Made by a program: the position numbers and the translations under genes. Below are positions 59,602 through 64,000 of a stretch of DNA of 64,000 nt, piece after piece. Under the pieces are notes generated by a model. It saw only the letters and a list, made by a program, of their open reading frames with translations, was not told the origin of the DNA and searched no databases. Source of the DNA: Zootoca vivipara (lineage: Eukaryota); contig NC_083276.1 of assembly GCF_963506605.1 (NCBI RefSeq), positions 79,050,001-79,114,000 of the forward strand. Reading direction: 5' to 3'. How positions within the stretch are numbered: position 1 is the stretch's first letter; each line of letters starts with the position of its first letter.

Positions 59602-60327
59602 TTCCCAACAGGTGGTCCGGGGACCCCCAGGGGTCCGCGAGCTATGCCAGAGGGGTCCGCAAGATGCTATTAGAATAAAAAATATATTAAATATATTTCG
59701 TATGATAACAGATTTTTTGTTTTGGTCGCTTCCTGCATGAGCAGAGTCTAGCGCAAAACTAGAATTAGATAGAGGCAGTAGTTCTGCTGTACGCCGTTAG
59801 GTGGCGCTTTACAAACACTACTGTTTTGCAAAGAGGCAGCGCGCGCATTCTACTAACGCTCACCTCCCCAACATGCTTTGCGTGCGTCGGCTTCATTTGT
59901 GCGCTACTGCGCAGGTACCCTGTCTTCTCCATTCCCCTCCCTCCTCCCTGGCGCCCGCTGCCTCTTTGCAAAACAGTAGTGTTTGTAAACAAAGCGTTGT
60001 TTTCCGCGGAAGCTACAGTTCGCGTAGTTAAAAATGGACCGTTGGTTAAAAAGTGGTTCGTTACAACGACAAAGGCCTACAGATGAAGAGGAAGATAATG
60101 CATTTGATGTTCAAGCAAGTAAGTCAGTGACTCTCGAACCGATCTTGTCAGTGTCCATTGAACCTAAATTGTCGGCGTCCCTTGAACCTAACCCTTCCAA
60201 GATCAGTGTTAAGCTTACTGGAAAAATTAGATTAGGAATTAGATTTTGGATTAGGAATTAATGGGGGTCCTTGTCACAATAGCGGCTCGATGAGGGGTCC
60301 TCGAGAAAATTTTGTTGGGAACCCCTG
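59596..60327 (+). mobile_element. Non-autonomous hAT (Charlie-like) DNA transposon inside the NACHT exon
   Basis: TIRs CAGTGATTCCCAACA / TGTTGGGAACCCCTG; 8-bp TSD ATCTAGGA (59588-59595, 60328-60335); transposase-like start MDRWLKSGS at 60034. Confidence 0.92.
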
Positions 60328-61615
60328 ATCTAGGATATCTACTTTTTTTGTCAAGGTATGTAGACCCATCAGCAGACACTGTTCAGATCAGTTCAGGGTT
60401 TTTGTTTTTAGCTAATGTGCAAACCAAAACTTTGGTCCATTTAATTTTGCCCTTTCCTGGGATATTCTGACCGCTATGGCCCATGCAACAGCAACCTCAT
60501 AGTTAGATTACTATAATGTGCTTTATATGGGGATACCTTTGGGCTTGGTTTTAAGGCTGCAACTAGTGCAGAAGGCAATGGTTAGGGTACTGAGCGGGAT
60601 ATATATCTATACACACATAGCGCCCATGTCAAAGGAACTGCACTAGCTTCCTTTTAGGTGCTAAGCCATGTTCAAAGTTCTGTTATAAACAAATATAGCC
60701 CTGAACAACTTGAGACCAGGTTGTCATGCCATGTCTTTCCTGCAGTGGCACCAGTCCTCTGGCATACACTCCCCAGTGCAATCTCAGAGGCATCAACTGA
60801 GATACATTTTTAAGAGGCATCTAAAACAAATGTGTTTGTTCAGGAATTTCCTGAGTGTTCATTTTTAGATTGATTCTGGGTTTTTATTGACAAAATGTAT
60901 TTTAATTTTATTTATATTCTAGGTCTCACAATTGGTTGGGTTTTGTTTTGTATACCAAGTAGTCTATAAAATGATTAAATATATAGGTGTGGTGTTATAT
61001 AAAAAAGAAAAGGTGTAATTCTCTGAAAGCCAAACAATGTTCCAGATTTAAGATTCTATGTTGTATGTTCAAGGGTACTAGAGCATGGGTAGCAGTGAAT
61101 CTAGGGCATAGATTTTCCAAAGAGCCCATTTTGTTAAGCCAGGGCACATAAATTTTAGTTGCTAAAGCTCAAACTGAATGCAATAAACACGTTTTTGCAA
61201 ACATGTATATTGTACATGTTAATTCATGGCCATCGCCCCCTTTTGAGCATATACTTGGTGGCAAACCTAGCTTTGCTGGTGCATACTTCATGAAAGAGCC
61301 CTAGTTTTGGTTATCAAGGGGAAGTTTTGTTCAAGGTGATATTCACTTTTCATATTCTAAAATGTGCCTTTCTGTTGCTTGCGGCTATGCCAACCTCTTT
61401 CAGAAGTGATTTCACCCAGAATGAGCACATCATATGTCAACATTTATCCTCTAGGGCTAAAAATAACTCTTGATCAACAATCTTCTCTCTGCGCCCTGGG
61501 GGCGTTATGTAAAACACATCCCACAACTTCACAGGTCATGATGCAATGTTGTCTACTGCAGCTGTATGGTCCAATTGCATAGCATATCCAACACACGTTT
61601 TTCTATTTTGTTCAG

Positions 61616-61846
61616 CTTATATTTTAATGGAAGAGTGGATGAAAACCTCCCTCTCCTATTTGAAGGACTGAAGGATCCAAGGTGTAATGCAGGCATCCCC
61701 AAACTTCGGCCCTCCAGATGTTTTGGACTACAATTCCCATCTTCCCCGACCACTGGTCCTGTTAGCTAGGGATCATGGGAGTTGTAGGCCAAAACATCTG
61801 GAGGGCCGCAGTTTGGGGATGCCTGGTGTAATGTAAGAGAGATCTG
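61616..61846 (+). pseudogene. NLRP LRR exon (87 nt natively) interrupted by a MITE
   Basis: SLYFNGRVDENLPLLFEGLKDPRCN[MITE]VREI; phase-2 acceptor and donor (TG|GTATGT at 61847); in-frame TAG at 61767-61769 inside the MITE. Confidence 0.8.
61690..61825. mobile_element. 136-bp palindromic hAT MITE inside the LRR exon
   Basis: CAGGCATCCCCAAACT...AGTTTGGGGATGCCTG; TSD GTGTAATG on both sides. Confidence 0.93.
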
Positions 61847-62986
61847 GTATGTAGCTGGCAATGATACTTTTGTTCTTTCATGTCCTGTGCAACTCAGCCT
61901 TAGTTCATCTCACCCAGCTTCCAATTGGCATGCCCAGGGCCCAGATGCCCTCAGCCCTGTCTGGGGTTCAGCCAAACGCCCATGGGCACGAAATGGGTAG
62001 GGGTTGGGAGGGCTGTGCACACTCCTCCCACCCCAGCATCTCTTCACATGACTGTATGGAGATTCATAGCCTGTTCAGCTGGAAGCCTCCTCGGGATCTG
62101 GAAGCTTGTATTACTAGGGTTCCCACTCCCAGGAAGGCCTTTCAGTATGTTCTGCTGAATACAATTGGTATGTCCATTCATCTTCAACAGACAAAGTTTG
62201 AGAGTGGAGGGAGGCATTGAAGGTGGTGTACATGGCTCTCTATTTTACACCATTTGTTTAAGTATTTTAAAATTGCAAACTGCCTAGGGTGCCTTGACAG
62301 AAGGGCAGGAAATAAACGCAATTTTAAAAATAATATATATGAGACCATATAGAAGTCTAGAGTTGCTGTAGGCAACTTTTACCTTGGATGTGAATAGTTT
62401 TTCTTAGGTTTGCAGCTTTAGGTTATTTAAAAGTAGCATCCATTATGAAGGCCTTTTTATTGTTTGGAGATAGCAGCAAGCAGCCAACTTTTTGGACAAA
62501 TGGGCAGTTGGAGTACAATAGTCTTTTGAGGAGGGGGAAAGCCAGCTCCCTGCAGCTGCTCCCTCTCCGGCCAATGGATCGGACTATGCAGCCTGGCCAT
62601 TTCCCTTGATGTACAAGGAGATTCTGTTGATGATCACATGAATAGTTAAAGTAACTACTGAAGGGAGTAGACTGCATTTCCAACACTGATTTTAAAAAGG
62701 AGAAATCTGTTATCAGGGACTGCCAATCCATGTCAATATAGTTAAAAGTCAAAGGTATAGACGTGGGCCTTAGTATGATTCACTTCCTGTTGGCACCCAT
62801 CTGTCTCGGGAGACAATGGAGGAGTGCGCCTTTGGGGGTGAGGTCAAGCTGCTGGATGGGTGCAGTTCCTGCTGTGGCGGTAGAGGCCAATGCAGGAGAC
62901 ATACTTCGTTGCAGCAGATGAAGGCACCTGGTTGTCCTGTTGCAGATGCATCATGGTGTTTCTTCTCTTTGGCTCCTAGTCTGAAA

Positions 62987-63122
62987 CAGGCATCCCCAAA
63001 CTCGGCCCTCCAGATGTTTTGGGACTACAACTCCCATCATCCCTAGCCAACAGGACCAGTGGTCAGGGATGATGGGAATTGTAGTCCCAAAACATCTGGA
63101 GGGCCGAGCTTGGGGATGCCTG
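62987..63122. mobile_element. 136-bp hAT MITE (same family) in an NLRP intron
   Basis: Same TIRs; TSD GTCTGAAA / GTCTAAAA. Confidence 0.88.
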
Positions 63123-63191
63123 GTCTAAAAGCTTATCCCAAAGTTGCAAAGAGCTGGGAAAGGGAAGACTGACTCCCTATTTCTTCCTCAG

Positions 63192-63362
63192 TTTTAAGCG
63201 ATGTAATCTCAGAGCCGCTTCCTTTGAGATTCTTACCTCTGTCCTCACCACGAATCAACACATCAGAGAATTCAACTTACAGCAAAGTGACCTAGGAGAA
63301 GTGGGAGTGATCAAACTCTGTCAAGCACTCAAGCATCCCAACTGCAAACTGCAGATACTGAG
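63192..63362 (+). CDS. NLRP LRR exon (171 nt)
   Basis: FKRCNLRAASFEILTSVLTTNQHIREFNLQQSDLGEVGVIKLCQALKHPNCKLQIL; canonical 171-nt phase-2 RI-type LRR exon. Confidence 0.92.
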
Positions 63363-63880
63363 GTAAGTACTCATAGGTGCCTTTTATCAAAATCGTAAGG
63401 GCAGAACCTGGGTTACACTTGCCAGGGTTGCTATCCAAAATGGCCTTCTTGTGCCAAACGATACCCAGCCTGGATGGAAGACATAGTTGTAGTCTGTGAT
63501 GCTCTGCCCCGAGTCCTGACACTGCAAATCTCCATGCCACTGATCTATATTTCTGAGTCACTGGAGGGTAAGTGGATAGTCAATGTGATGGCAAACTCAG
63601 TGGTTGGAATAAGAAATAAATTAAAACACATTAGTAAATATCTATACTGTTATATAAGTATTTGGGCATAGCAACCACATTTAGAATATTGTTCACTGTG
63701 CTAGTCAACCCATCTCTAATGCACTTTCTGAGGACGAAGGAAACAAAGCACTACAAATAAGGAAAATGCCAAAGATAATGGGGCTTCTACTTTGGTTTTT
63801 TTAAAATGTGACCTTCTTTTGAAACAGTTAACTTACTGAACACATCATCATAATTCCTCTTGAACACTTAACCCTTTCAG

Positions 63881-64000
63881 ATTACGTTGCTGTAACCTCA
63901 GCCCCAAGTCATGTGAGAAACTAGCCTCTATCGTTCCTAAAAACCAGAACCTGAGAATGCTTTATTTGGACTTTAACAATATAGGGGATGCTGGACTAAT
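63881..64000 (+). CDS. NLRP LRR exon (partial, runs off window)
   Basis: LRCCNLSPKSCEKLASIVPKNQNLRMLYLDFNNIGDAGL after a TTTCAG acceptor. Confidence 0.9.

Larger units (their letters stand above)
56081..64000 (+). pseudogene. NLRP-family gene (PYD-FISNA-NACHT-LRR), disrupted or truncated by two hAT insertions; continues beyond the window
   Basis: Exons 56081-56366 (PYD), possible 56858-56899, 57959-59595 + 60336-60355 (NACHT, split by hAT), 61616-61689 + 61834-61846 (LRR, split by MITE), 63192-63362, 63881->64000. Both insertions carry in-frame stops. Confidence 0.75.

Overview
Vertebrate genomic DNA, most likely from a lacertid lizard (Podarcis-type Sauria SINE, BovB LINE tails, reptile hAT/Tc1 MITEs); the species is inferred from repeats only. 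The first 50 kb hold a tandem cluster of six intact, highly divergent three-exon secretoglobin-like genes (88-98 aa; two on +, four on -). The ORF track misses them because their exons are tiny: a 52-67 nt signal-peptide exon (phase 1), a 185-194 nt core exon (phase 0) and a 24-48 nt Cys-containing last exon. Paralogues share promoter, intron and 3'UTR sequence, and four copies of a roughly 300-400 bp conserved non-coding block lie among them. Intron 1 of the sixth gene carries a full-length Ty3/Gypsy (Mag-like) retrotransposon with identical LTRs and an intact 1356-aa gag-pol, plus a solo LTR. From about 55.4 kb an NLRP gene (PYD-FISNA-NACHT-LRR) runs off the window. Two independent hAT insertions with 8-bp TSDs put stop codons into the end of its NACHT exon and into its first LRR exon, while the other exons stay open. 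All coordinates and translations were read by eye.
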